From Actinomycetota bacterium (GTDB lineage: Bacteria > Actinomycetota > Acidimicrobiia > Spongiisociales > UBA4744): DNA of 64,000 nucleotides. Shown here one piece after another: positions 41,122 through 49,826 of this stretch. The stretch lies in the NCBI GenBank assembly GCA_013152275.1, contig JAADGS010000074.1, forward strand, positions 1-64,000, given 5' to 3'. Position 1 is the stretch's first letter. Each line of letters starts with the position of its first letter. Below the pieces are notes generated by a model that ran no database searches, was not told the DNA's origin, and saw only the letters and a list, made by a program, of their open reading frames with translations. Made by a program: the position numbers and the translations under genes.

Positions 41122-42108
41122 GTGACGACACCACCACTCGAGGTCGTGGAAGAGCGCCGCCCCCCGCAAGGAGGGGGGCGGCGCCGCGTGAACGTCTACA
41201 TGGTCGCCGGCGGGCTCCTACTGTTCCCTCCTTACGGCGTACTGGGGGCGATGGCCTACCACCGCTCCCGTCGGCTTGCCGGAATCGACTACCTCGAATC
41301 GCAGACCCAGGCGTTGAAGGCGCGGGATCGATCACTCGCGGCCATGGGAATCGGAGCCGCAATCCTGGTGATTCTGCTCATCCTGGCGATCTTTACGCTC
41401 AACGACTTTGCCGTTGCCCGCGGGTACTTCGATTTCCACGTCATTCGTGAAGCGCTCCCATCGATGACACGGGCGTTCCTACGTCTGAACGTGTCGCTGG
41501 CGATCGTCTCGGAGCTTGTCGTCATCCCGTGGTCCATTGCCGTTGCCTTGGCACGCGGTTCAACGAGCAAGGCTGTCGCGCCGATCCGGGTCATGGTGCT
41601 TGTGTACGGAGACTTGTTCCGTGGCATCCCGGCCCTACTCACGTTGTTGATCGTCGGCTATGGGATACCACGATCTGGAATCCCGGTACTGTCCGAGATC
41701 TCGCCCTTTTGGGCAATGGTGATTGCGCTGACCCTGGTCTACGGCGCGTATGTATCGGAAGTCATCCGGTCCGGCATCAGCAGCATTCCGCGCGGTCAGC
41801 TCCTTGCCGCCCGTGCGATAGGGCTCACGGAATACCAGGCCAAGCGGTACGTCGTGCTGCCGCAGGCCATCCGTGTCGTCACACCTGCGTTACTGGGGTG
41901 GTTCGTGGTACTCATCAAGGACACGTCTCTGGTATCGGTTCTCGGTCTGCTCGATGCCGTCAACATCGCTCGAATAAGCGTGGTCAACTACGCAAGCCTT
42001 GCGCCTCTTGTCGCCGCCGCACTGCTCTTTCTGATAGCGACGGTGCCTCTGACGCGCCTCACCGACGTCCTCCTGGCGAAGACCCAGGCCAGGATGCAAG
42101 GTCAGTGA
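41122..42108 (+). CDS. amino-acid ABC transporter permease with N-terminal extra membrane module
   Basis: FRGIPALL, AYVSEVIRSGI, GQ..AARAIG, VLPQAIR, KDTSLVS. Start GTG 41122 inferred. Confidence 0.92.
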   Translation: MTTPPLEVVEERRPPQGGGRRRVNVYMVAGGLLLFPPYGVLGAMAYHRSRRLAGIDYLESQTQALKARDRSLAAMGIGAAILVILLILAIFTLNDFAVARGYFDFHVIREALPSMTRAFLRLNVSLAIVSELVVIPWSIAVALARGSTSKAVAPIRVMVLVYGDLFRGIPALLTLLIVGYGIPRSGIPVLSEISPFWAMVIALTLVYGAYVSEVIRSGISSIPRGQLLAARAIGLTEYQAKRYVVLPQAIRVVTPALLGWFVVLIKDTSLVSVLGLLDAVNIARISVVNYASLAPLVAAALLFLIATVPLTRLTDVLLAKTQARMQGQ

Positions 42109-42863
42109 TGAGATCCACAAGACCGTTCGTCGAGGTGAAGGGTGTCAGTAAGAGCTTCGGCTCCAACAAGGTACTCAGATCCCTGAACCTCACCGTCGAA
42201 GCTCATGAAGTCGTCTGCATCATCGGTCCGTCGGGTTGCGGCAAGTCGACACTGTTGCGCTGCATCGATGCCTTGGAGCCCATTGATGAAGGGATGATCG
42301 TTGTAGGGGAGGTCGTCGCTTCGCATCCGGCGGTCGACGTCAACCACCTTCGACGCTCCGTCGGAATCGTGTTCCAGAGCTACAACCTGTTTCCGCATCT
42401 CTCCGTCATGGACAACCTCTGTCTCGGACCGGTGAAAGTGTTGAAGGAATCCAGGGAGGTGGCTCGCGAAAGGGCACGAAGTCTCCTCGAGCAGGTTGGC
42501 CTCCCCGAGAAGGCCGATGCCTATCCCGAGGCGTTGTCAGGAGGCCAACAGCAGCGTGTTGCGATCGCGCGCGCTCTCGCCATGAACCCGGACCTGCTGC
42601 TACTCGACGAGGTCACGGCAGCACTCGACCCGGAGTTGGTCGATGAAGTGCTCTCGATCCTCAGTGATCTCGCGGAAGGCGGCATGACAATGATCATCGC
42701 CACGCACGAGATGGCATTTGCACGCGATGTTGCCGACCGGGTCTGCTTTCTCTCGGAAGGGTCCATCTACGAGGAGGGTCCTGCGGAGCGGTTCTTCGGT
42801 GAACCGCAAAGGCCGCGGACACAATCATTCCTGAAACGGATCACCGACGCCGGTCGCCTGTGA
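42108..42863 (+). CDS. amino-acid ABC transporter ATP-binding protein (GlnQ-like)
   Basis: GPSGCGKST, LSGGQQQR, LDEVTAALDPE, THEM. Confidence 0.96.
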   Translation: MRSTRPFVEVKGVSKSFGSNKVLRSLNLTVEAHEVVCIIGPSGCGKSTLLRCIDALEPIDEGMIVVGEVVASHPAVDVNHLRRSVGIVFQSYNLFPHLSVMDNLCLGPVKVLKESREVARERARSLLEQVGLPEKADAYPEALSGGQQQRVAIARALAMNPDLLLLDEVTAALDPELVDEVLSILSDLAEGGMTMIIATHEMAFARDVADRVCFLSEGSIYEEGPAERFFGEPQRPRTQSFLKRITDAGRL

Positions 42864-43301
42864 ACGTGTGCGGCGCCCTGCCGGCATCCATCTGACGTCT
42901 CGGCCCGACGCCGCGGCGACTCACCGAGGCGGGCCAGATCGGTGTCGTGGTGATCTGTGGTGCAGGTGCGGGATATGCGGTGATGATCATGAGGGGTTCC
43001 AACGAGGGTGGTCCACGGATCCGAAAGCGAGGGCCGCTGCACCGTGGGGGAGTCGGCCCGGCTTTCCGAGCGGTGAGAAGGCGCCGAACGGTGGGATGAT
43101 CCACCCGAAACCGCACCACAACGAACCGAAGCTTCATCGCGTCTTGTGCCTTCAACCCTTCCACGATCTTCTCGTCGATCAACATGGGAAAGGCTTCGCG
43201 TGCCGTCTCGATCCTCGACCTGTCGGCCGTGCGCCTGAACAGGTATCTCCGGCGGCTTCGACGGGTGTATTTGGGCCGACACCCGGTGCGGGCGCTGTGG
43301 G

Positions 43302-43892
43302 TCAGTCCCGGTTGGGTTCGACGGGCAGTGCAGGGGAAATGGGAAAGTCCGATTCCTGGAGGGGAGCGAGACACGCAGCGAACCGCCTCTCGCTGCGACG
43401 TTGCTGCCATCTGCCGAACGTGGCGGTCAGTTCGGGAACGAGGTAGGCACGGAATCCCATTCCCAACGCGGTCCGCAGGGTGCGCGCCACACACTGGTCG
43501 GTGGTGAGTCCTCCGAAGAAGATCTCCTCGATACCGTTCACGCGCAGGAGCTGTTCCAGATCCGTGCCGGCGAAGGCGTCGAATCCGGTACGTCCCCGCA
43601 CCACCAGGTCACCCGTTTCGAACATCCCGGCTGTGAACTCCGCTCGGGGTGTGCCCTTCGTGAACACGCGTCCGAAGGTCAGATGTGCCAGCAGTCCCCG
43701 CTTGCGCTTGGGATCGATGATGAGCGGCGCATGAATCACGACGACCCCCTCATGGCGCGCCGCTCGGACGATACGGCGTGCCGTGGCCACGGTATGGCGG
43801 GCTTCGAGCTGGCGCCTGACGAGGCGGTGATAGAGGCCGGGCTCGGTCCATTGTTTCTGGAACTCGATCAATACGAGGGCTCGTCTACTCAC
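43302..43892 (-). CDS. isochorismatase/cysteine hydrolase family protein
   Basis: ALVLIEFQ, FDAFAGTDL, GLTTDQCV..T.R; TATGGT 5 nt before GTG. Confidence 0.85.
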   Translation of the reverse strand: MSRRALVLIEFQKQWTEPGLYHRLVRRQLEARHTVATARRIVRAARHEGVVVIHAPLIIDPKRKRGLLAHLTFGRVFTKGTPRAEFTAGMFETGDLVVRGRTGFDAFAGTDLEQLLRVNGIEEIFFGGLTTDQCVARTLRTALGMGFRAYLVPELTATFGRWQQRRSERRFAACLAPLQESDFPISPALPVEPNRD

Positions 43893-43935
43893 GGTGCACC
43901 ATACGGGCCGTCCGTTCGCGAGGTCGAAGAAGGTC

Positions 43936-44811
43936 TCATAGGTAGTTCCGGAACCACGCGATGGTCCGGGCTCTGGCCTCCTCGGCACCGGGACCGTCAT
44001 ACAGTTCATAGTGTCCGGCATCGATGGTGAGGAGCTCCTTCGGACGGCCCGCCAGCCGGTACAGGTGCTCGATCTCGCTGTGGGGAACGGTCTGGTCACG
44101 TGTGGCTCCGATGAGCAGGAGAGGCCGCGGGGCGATGGCGGCCACGAATCGTTCCGGCTCGTACTCGAAGATCCGTTCCACCGCGTTGAAAGGAATGCGC
44201 ACGGCGATGTGGGGCCAGCTCTTTTCGGCTGCCGCGAAAACGTCGTCCGATTCCGGGCTGTTGAGCAGCACGGCCGGGTCGATCGATGCCCCGCCACCTG
44301 TTCGTACGCGCTGGACTGCATCCTCCGCCAGCATTCTGGTGAGCGCCATGCGGCCTTCCGGTGGAAACCGCTCGAGCATCCGGGGTGCACTGCCGAATCC
44401 GATCTGTCCGACCACGACCTTGACCCTCGGGTCACGCGCCGTTACCTCGATCACCGTTCCGCACCCGAAGCTGGTCCCCCACAGGCCGAGCCGCTCGGAA
44501 TCAACGATCTCCTGGGCGGACAGGAACGTGAGAGCGTTTCTGATGTCCTCCACCTGGCGTTCTGGGACCAACAGGCCACGTTCACCGTCGCTCGTTCCAA
44601 AACCCCGATAGTCGAACGTGAGGATCGCGAACCCGGCATCGGTCAACTCCCGGGCGATCGGGGGAAGTAACCATTCCTTGATTCCACGGAAGCCGTGGGC
44701 CATGACGATTCCGGGCCAGCCGTCGGCCGGCGGGGTCCTGTCCGGGAGACGGAGCACAGCCGAGCAACGGGTGCCCCAACTGAAGAAGTCGAGGTCGTGT
44801 TCCTGGATCAT
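43936..44811 (-). CDS. alpha/beta hydrolase
   Basis: HGF, FDYRGFGTS.G, GTSFG nucleophile elbow, D (RDQTV) and H (AGHY). Confidence 0.92.
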   Translation of the reverse strand: MIQEHDLDFFSWGTRCSAVLRLPDRTPPADGWPGIVMAHGFRGIKEWLLPPIARELTDAGFAILTFDYRGFGTSDGERGLLVPERQVEDIRNALTFLSAQEIVDSERLGLWGTSFGCGTVIEVTARDPRVKVVVGQIGFGSAPRMLERFPPEGRMALTRMLAEDAVQRVRTGGGASIDPAVLLNSPESDDVFAAAEKSWPHIAVRIPFNAVERIFEYEPERFVAAIAPRPLLLIGATRDQTVPHSEIEHLYRLAGRPKELLTIDAGHYELYDGPGAEEARARTIAWFRNYL

Positions 44812-44848
44812 CGTGTTCCAATCGCCTGGAGTGGACGCCCAGACGATA

Positions 44849-44866
44849 GAACGAACTAGTTCGTTC
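44849..44866. promoter_or_regulatory. TetR-type operator (perfect 18-bp palindrome)
   Basis: GAACGAACTAGTTCGTTC fills the spacer of a minus-strand TTGACG-N17-TATCGT promoter for the hydrolase, between the divergent tetR and hydrolase genes. Confidence 0.85.
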
Positions 44867-44893
44867 GTCAATAGGACTGGTAACCTCTGGCGA

Positions 44894-45547
44894 ATGAAGA
44901 GGAACGCCGATGCCACCCGGGCCCGCATCTTCGATGCTGCGAGGCATGAGTTCGCCCAGTTCGGGGTTGCCGGAGCGCGTGTCGACCGGATTGCAGAGAA
45001 CGCCCGCGCCAACAAGGCGCGGATCTACGAGTACTTTGGTGACAAGGAGACCCTTTTTGCCTTTGTGCTCGAGGTGGAACTGGAGCGCCTTGGCACGGCA
45101 ATCTCCGTGCCCGACGATCCGCGTCACATTCCCGCCTACGTGCGAGCCGTGTTCGATTACCACAGCGCGCACCCGGATCTGGTGCGGCTGCTGTACTGGG
45201 AGGCGCTGCACTTCTCATCGACCGACGCCCCGCGGGAACAGGAGCGACGGGAGTTCTACGCAGAGCGGGTCGCGTACCTGGCGCGTGCCCAAGGCGAGGG
45301 GATCATCTCCTCCGAAGCGGATCCCCGACACCTGCATTTCCTCCTGCTGGGGCTCGCCACGTCTTGGTTCGGGCTGCCCCAGCTCGCTCGGATGCATGTG
45401 GACGACGATCCTTCCACGTCTGCGCACAGGCTTGCTCATCGCGAGCACGTCGTTTGGGCGACGTGTCGCATTCTCGGGCTGGAGCCGCCTCGGATCGACG
45501 GCGTCGGGGGTAGCCCTGCCGGCGCCGCGGCTCCGGCCGACGGTTGA
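44894..45547 (+). CDS. TetR/AcrR family regulator
   Basis: TRARIFDAA..EF, GARVDRIA, IYEYFGDKE.LF. Confidence 0.95.
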   Translation: MKRNADATRARIFDAARHEFAQFGVAGARVDRIAENARANKARIYEYFGDKETLFAFVLEVELERLGTAISVPDDPRHIPAYVRAVFDYHSAHPDLVRLLYWEALHFSSTDAPREQERREFYAERVAYLARAQGEGIISSEADPRHLHFLLLGLATSWFGLPQLARMHVDDDPSTSAHRLAHREHVVWATCRILGLEPPRIDGVGGSPAGAAAPADG

Positions 45548-46237
45548 GCCTCCGACTCCTGCGGGTCCGAGCACGGCGCCGTCTCGATTGGCTCGGGCCG
45601 CGAAGGGCCGAGGAGTCCGGCGGTGCCGGCAGGGCGGTGATCAGGGAGCGTCGTGCATTGGGGCGTCGGTTCTGACAGTGAGTGTTGCTGCGGAGCCGGT
45701 CGTCGTCGGAGAGTCTCGAGTTGGCAGATTCGACCGGCCGGCAAACGTCTCGGCGGCGATTTCATCAGGGGGGTGCGTCCACTTGCCGGACCGCACAGCG
45801 TCGATGGGTCGAAGGCGCAGATGCCGATCACTGCAGATCGTGGCTGCATGAGTGATTTTACGATCGGTCTCCGGGTGTCAACGAAGGCCGATGGAAACTA
45901 CCCGTCTGCCGGCACTCCAACTAATGTGCAACGGGCCCAACCGATGGAGTTTGACACATGGCGACCGTGGTGAGATTGGGTGTGCGAACGGTCGGCGGTG
46001 GATGCATACCGGTATCCGGACCCGAGATCGGATACCGGTACAAGTACGTGAGGCGCTCTTCGACATGGAGTCTCGAATGCACGAACGACGATGGCCCCGT
46101 GTGGTTTCATGGCGAGCATCAGGGACCACTCGTGAACGAGGACCTGTTCGTCGAGGACCGGTTCTGCAACTCGTTCCCGGTCGAAGATGGCACGATCGCG
46201 ATGCCCGGACTCTGACGGCCGATATGCGCAAGGCTCA

Positions 46238-47395
46238 GTGGGGAATCTGGATTTGAGGCAACAGTGGAAATACAGCTGGCAGGACCTTGCCAGGGACGTG
46301 ATCCCTACCGGCCTGTGCACGGGCTGCTCCGGTTGTGTCATCGCGTGTCCTCATGAGGTACTGAGTCTCGATCAACATGTGTGGAAACCCGAGCTTGCGC
46401 CGGACGCATGGGTGGATGGGGACGAACGGCGATGCGTTTACGGCGAGCGCGGGTGCACCGTCTGTACTCGCGTCTGTCCAAGGTTTCGGTTTTGGGAAGC
46501 GGATGCCGATGAGGCGAAATGGTCTCGCCTTCGCACGGCCGAGGAAGTCATCGGAGTTTATCGCTCCATCCTCCTGGTTCAGGCGAAAGACAGAGAGATC
46601 GCCGATGCCGGTCAGGATGGGGGTCTGGGCACCGCACTCCTTCTGTACGCCCTGGAGAACGACTACATCGATGCCGCCCTTGTCAGTTTCTTCGACGATG
46701 AGATGCGGACCCGGCCAGGCATCGCCCGCACACGGGACGAACTCCTGGCTTGTGCCGGTTCGCGTTACACCTACTCGCCGAACGTGCTGGGGATCGGTGA
46801 CGCGAACGCCGTGGGCGCTCAACGGCTCGGGCTGGTGAGTGTCGGGTGTCAGACGTCGATCCCCCCTGTCGCATATGGGCGCGGAGCCAGGAAACTCGCA
46901 AAACGGTTCGTCTTGGTCATCGGCCTGCTGTGCTCAAAGACGTTCACGGACAACATCTATGAGGATCTCCTCGAGGCGAAGTACGGGATAGCGAGACAGG
47001 CCGTCACCAAGATCAACATCAAGGGCCGGCTCCAGGTGTGGCACGAGAACGCCGGGACCGGTGCCCCGGAGTACGTGGAGATACCGCTCAAGGAGTGCAA
47101 CGAGTACACCAGGCCCGGATGTCTGCACTGTCCGGACTTTTCTGCGCAACATGCCGACATCTCACTCGGCGGAATCGGTAAGAACGCCGGCACGACCCTT
47201 ACGATTGTTCGGAGTGAACTCGGTGAGGAGATTCTCACCAAGATGGAGCGAGACGGCCTGGTCACCGTCACCGATGCCACCGAGGACGACCCGGACGCCA
47301 TTGCTCTGATCCTCAAGATGGCGAGGCGTCAGAGAAAACGCTGGCCTGCGGAACTCGACTCCACCCCGGTCATGCCCGAAGAAACATCGATTTGA
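46238..47395 (+). CDS. coenzyme F420 hydrogenase/dehydrogenase beta-subunit (FrhB/FdhB)-like Fe-S protein
   Basis: CTGCSGCVIACP and C..C..VCP ferredoxin motifs, GQDGG, GSRYT, VGCQ, GLLC, GC.HCPDF...ADISLGG. Start uncertain. Confidence 0.9.
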   Translation: MGNLDLRQQWKYSWQDLARDVIPTGLCTGCSGCVIACPHEVLSLDQHVWKPELAPDAWVDGDERRCVYGERGCTVCTRVCPRFRFWEADADEAKWSRLRTAEEVIGVYRSILLVQAKDREIADAGQDGGLGTALLLYALENDYIDAALVSFFDDEMRTRPGIARTRDELLACAGSRYTYSPNVLGIGDANAVGAQRLGLVSVGCQTSIPPVAYGRGARKLAKRFVLVIGLLCSKTFTDNIYEDLLEAKYGIARQAVTKINIKGRLQVWHENAGTGAPEYVEIPLKECNEYTRPGCLHCPDFSAQHADISLGGIGKNAGTTLTIVRSELGEEILTKMERDGLVTVTDATEDDPDAIALILKMARRQRKRWPAELDSTPVMPEETSI

Positions 47396-47643
47396 GGCTC
47401 GCCCGGTTTCCGGGAAGGACTCGGCCTGGTGTTCGTACCTTGGCTTCGACGGGCGTATCCAGACTCGACGACATCGGGTCGGAGTGCCGAGACGTCTGGC
47501 ATTGCCGTTCGAGTACGTTTCTCCGGGGATACTGTCGCCATCTCCGGTGACGAACCCGTCCACACGATGACAATGGTGCTTCGAGCAGTCCAAAACCCCT
47601 GGTGACAGGCGTGTTGCGGCCTCCAACCAGGGGTTTCACTTTG

Positions 47644-47718
47644 TGGGCCCACCTGGACTTGAACCAGGGGCCTCATCCTTATCAGGGATGCGCTCTAACC
47701 AGGCTGAGCTATGGGCCC
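47644..47718 (-). tRNA. tRNA-Ile(GAT)
   Basis: GGGCCCATAGCTCAGCCTGGTTAGAGCGCATCCCT-GAT-AAGGATGAGGCCCCTGGTTCAAGTCCAGGTGGGCCCA; CCA not encoded. Confidence 0.97.
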
Positions 47719-47828
47719 GCGCCGGGGGATTGTAGTAGCGCGCAGGAACGCCACCAATCACGATGCGCGTCGACACCGACGCGACTCGATCGTGGTGTGT
47801 ACGGGGGTTCGTTAGTCTTGCGCCTGTC

Positions 47829-48425
47829 ATGAATCGTGAAACCTGGAATGCCCGATACGCCGAACAAGAGCTCATCTGGAGCGCCGAGCCGAACGAGTTC
47901 CTCGTTGCAGAGACAGAACGGCTCACTCCGGGTCGAGCGCTGGATATCGGTGCCGGCGAAGGACGTAACGCGTTGTGGTTGGCCGAGCGAGGGTGGCAGG
48001 TAACAGCCGTCGATTTCTCCGACGTGGCGATAGCCAAAGGGAGAGAGGGTGCCCGTCGCCGAGGGGTCGAAGTCGAGTGGGTCGTTGCCGATCTGCAGAG
48101 CTACGTGCCGACGGAACGGAACTTCGATCTCGTCATCGAGTTCTATATCCATATCCCGGAGCCGTGGCGCCCGGAGATCTGGAGTCGGGCTGCAGGCGCC
48201 GTTGCAGAGGGTGGAACTCTGCTGATCGTCGGGCACGATCTTTCCAACCTCGAGAGAGGTCACGGCGGTCCCCATGATCCGGCTGCGCTGTTCACGCCAC
48301 AGGACGTGGTGGCAGCCATCGAGGATCTGGAGGTGCTCAAGGCCGAGCAGGTGGTACGTGATGTCGATGGCCGGGTTGCCATCGACGCTCTTGTGCTGGC
48401 GCGACGTGGGTCGAGCGGTCTCTGA
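47829..48425 (+). CDS. class I SAM-dependent methyltransferase
   Basis: WNARY, ALDIGAGEGRNALWLA, VTAVDFS. Confidence 0.93.
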   Translation: MNRETWNARYAEQELIWSAEPNEFLVAETERLTPGRALDIGAGEGRNALWLAERGWQVTAVDFSDVAIAKGREGARRRGVEVEWVVADLQSYVPTERNFDLVIEFYIHIPEPWRPEIWSRAAGAVAEGGTLLIVGHDLSNLERGHGGPHDPAALFTPQDVVAAIEDLEVLKAEQVVRDVDGRVAIDALVLARRGSSGL

Positions 48426-48469
48426 TCGATTCACGAAGAAGGTGAGCAACGTAGAATGCTCCCAACCCT

Positions 48470-48542
48470 GGGGATGTAGCTCAGTTGGAAGAGCACCTGC
48501 CTTGCACGCAGGGGGTCGGCGGTTCGAGTCCGCTCATCTCCA
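48470..48542 (+). tRNA. tRNA-Ala(TGC)
   Basis: GGGGATG.../CATCTCCA acceptor stem with G3:U70, TGC anticodon, GTTCGAGTC T-loop; TAGAAT -10 upstream. Confidence 0.97.
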
Positions 48543-48607
48543 CGCACATTTTCGTGGCAGGACGACCGAAGGGGTCGCGCCGCCACGAGCCGTGATTGGA
48601 GGATCGT

Positions 48608-49768
48608 ATGCGCCGTGCCGTGATCGTCGATGCCGTTCGAACCCCTACGGGGAGGAGGGACGGATACCTGAGAGAGTGGCATCCGGCCGATCTTGCAGGG
48701 CACGTTCTCCACGACCTGGTCGATCGCACCGGACTCGACCCTGCCGTCGTGGACGATGTGATCATGGGGTGCGTCTCGCAGACCGGTGAGCAGGCGTTCA
48801 ACATCGGCCGGAGCGCCCTGCTTGCCGCAGGTTTCCCGGAAAGTGTGCCGGGTGTGACGATCGATCGACAGTGTGGTTCCAGTCAGCAGGCAGCGCACTT
48901 CGGAGCCCAAGGCATCATGGCGGGCGTCTATGACGTGGTGATCGCCGCCGGGGTCGAATCGATGACGAGAGTTCCCATGGGAGTCACCGCTTCACAAGGT
49001 CCGGGTTACCCGTTCGGCACCAAGGTCACCCAACGGTATGACCTGGTTCCGCAGGGCCTGTCGGCGGAGATGATTGCGGACGAATGGGACCTCAGCCGTG
49101 AACGACTCGATGAGATCTCCCTCGCGTCGCAGCGTCGAGCTGCTCGGGCAACCGACGAAGGGCGATTCAAGTCGGAGATCGTTCCAACGCCCGGACCCGA
49201 CGGAGTTCCGGTGACAGCAGATGAGGGGATCCGGCGCGACACGTCTGCAGAAGGGTTGGCGGGACTTCGGCCCGCTTTCAAGCCGGATGGAAAGGTCACT
49301 GCGGGAAATTCCTCGCAGATCTCGGATGGAGCGGCCGCGGTCCTGATCATGAGCGAGGACAAGGCGTACGAACTCGGCATGCAGCCACTGGCGCGCTTCG
49401 TCGACTTCGCCGTCGTGGGTGTCGACCCGGTGACGATGCTCAAAGGACCCATTCCGGCAACGAGGCAAGTACTGGAGCGTGCCGGCCTCACCCTGGATCA
49501 GATCGACCGATTCGAGATCAATGAGGCGTTCGCATCGGTGATTGGCGCATGGCTGATCGAAATGGACGAAGATCCGGAGACCCTATGGGAGCGGACCAAT
49601 GTCAACGGAGGAGCAATCGCGTTGGGGCACCCTCTTGGGTGTTCGGGGGCGAAACTCATGACGACGCTGGTGCATGAGCTGCAGCGGACGGGGACTCGCT
49701 ATGGACTTCAGGCGATGTGCGAGGGTGGGGGAATGGCCAACGCGACGATCTTCGAGAGGGTCGAGTAG
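48608..49768 (+). CDS. acetyl-CoA C-acyltransferase (thiolase)
   Basis: RQCGSS, NEAFA, GGAIALGHPLG, MCEGGG. Confidence 0.96.
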   Translation: MRRAVIVDAVRTPTGRRDGYLREWHPADLAGHVLHDLVDRTGLDPAVVDDVIMGCVSQTGEQAFNIGRSALLAAGFPESVPGVTIDRQCGSSQQAAHFGAQGIMAGVYDVVIAAGVESMTRVPMGVTASQGPGYPFGTKVTQRYDLVPQGLSAEMIADEWDLSRERLDEISLASQRRAARATDEGRFKSEIVPTPGPDGVPVTADEGIRRDTSAEGLAGLRPAFKPDGKVTAGNSSQISDGAAAVLIMSEDKAYELGMQPLARFVDFAVVGVDPVTMLKGPIPATRQVLERAGLTLDQIDRFEINEAFASVIGAWLIEMDEDPETLWERTNVNGGAIALGHPLGCSGAKLMTTLVHELQRTGTRYGLQAMCEGGGMANATIFERVE

Positions 49769-49777
49769 GGATCTCGC

Positions 49778-49811
49778 TTCATCCACAGCGTGTGGATGAA
49801 TCCGTGGATAA
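49778..49811. promoter_or_regulatory. cluster of three DnaA-box-like sites outside oriC
   Basis: TCATCCACA 49779-49787 and TGTGGATGA 49791-49799 (inverted pair), CGTGGATAA 49803-49811; each one mismatch from TTATCCACA. Confidence 0.75.
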
Positions 49812-49826
49812 CTACACGTGTGTAAT

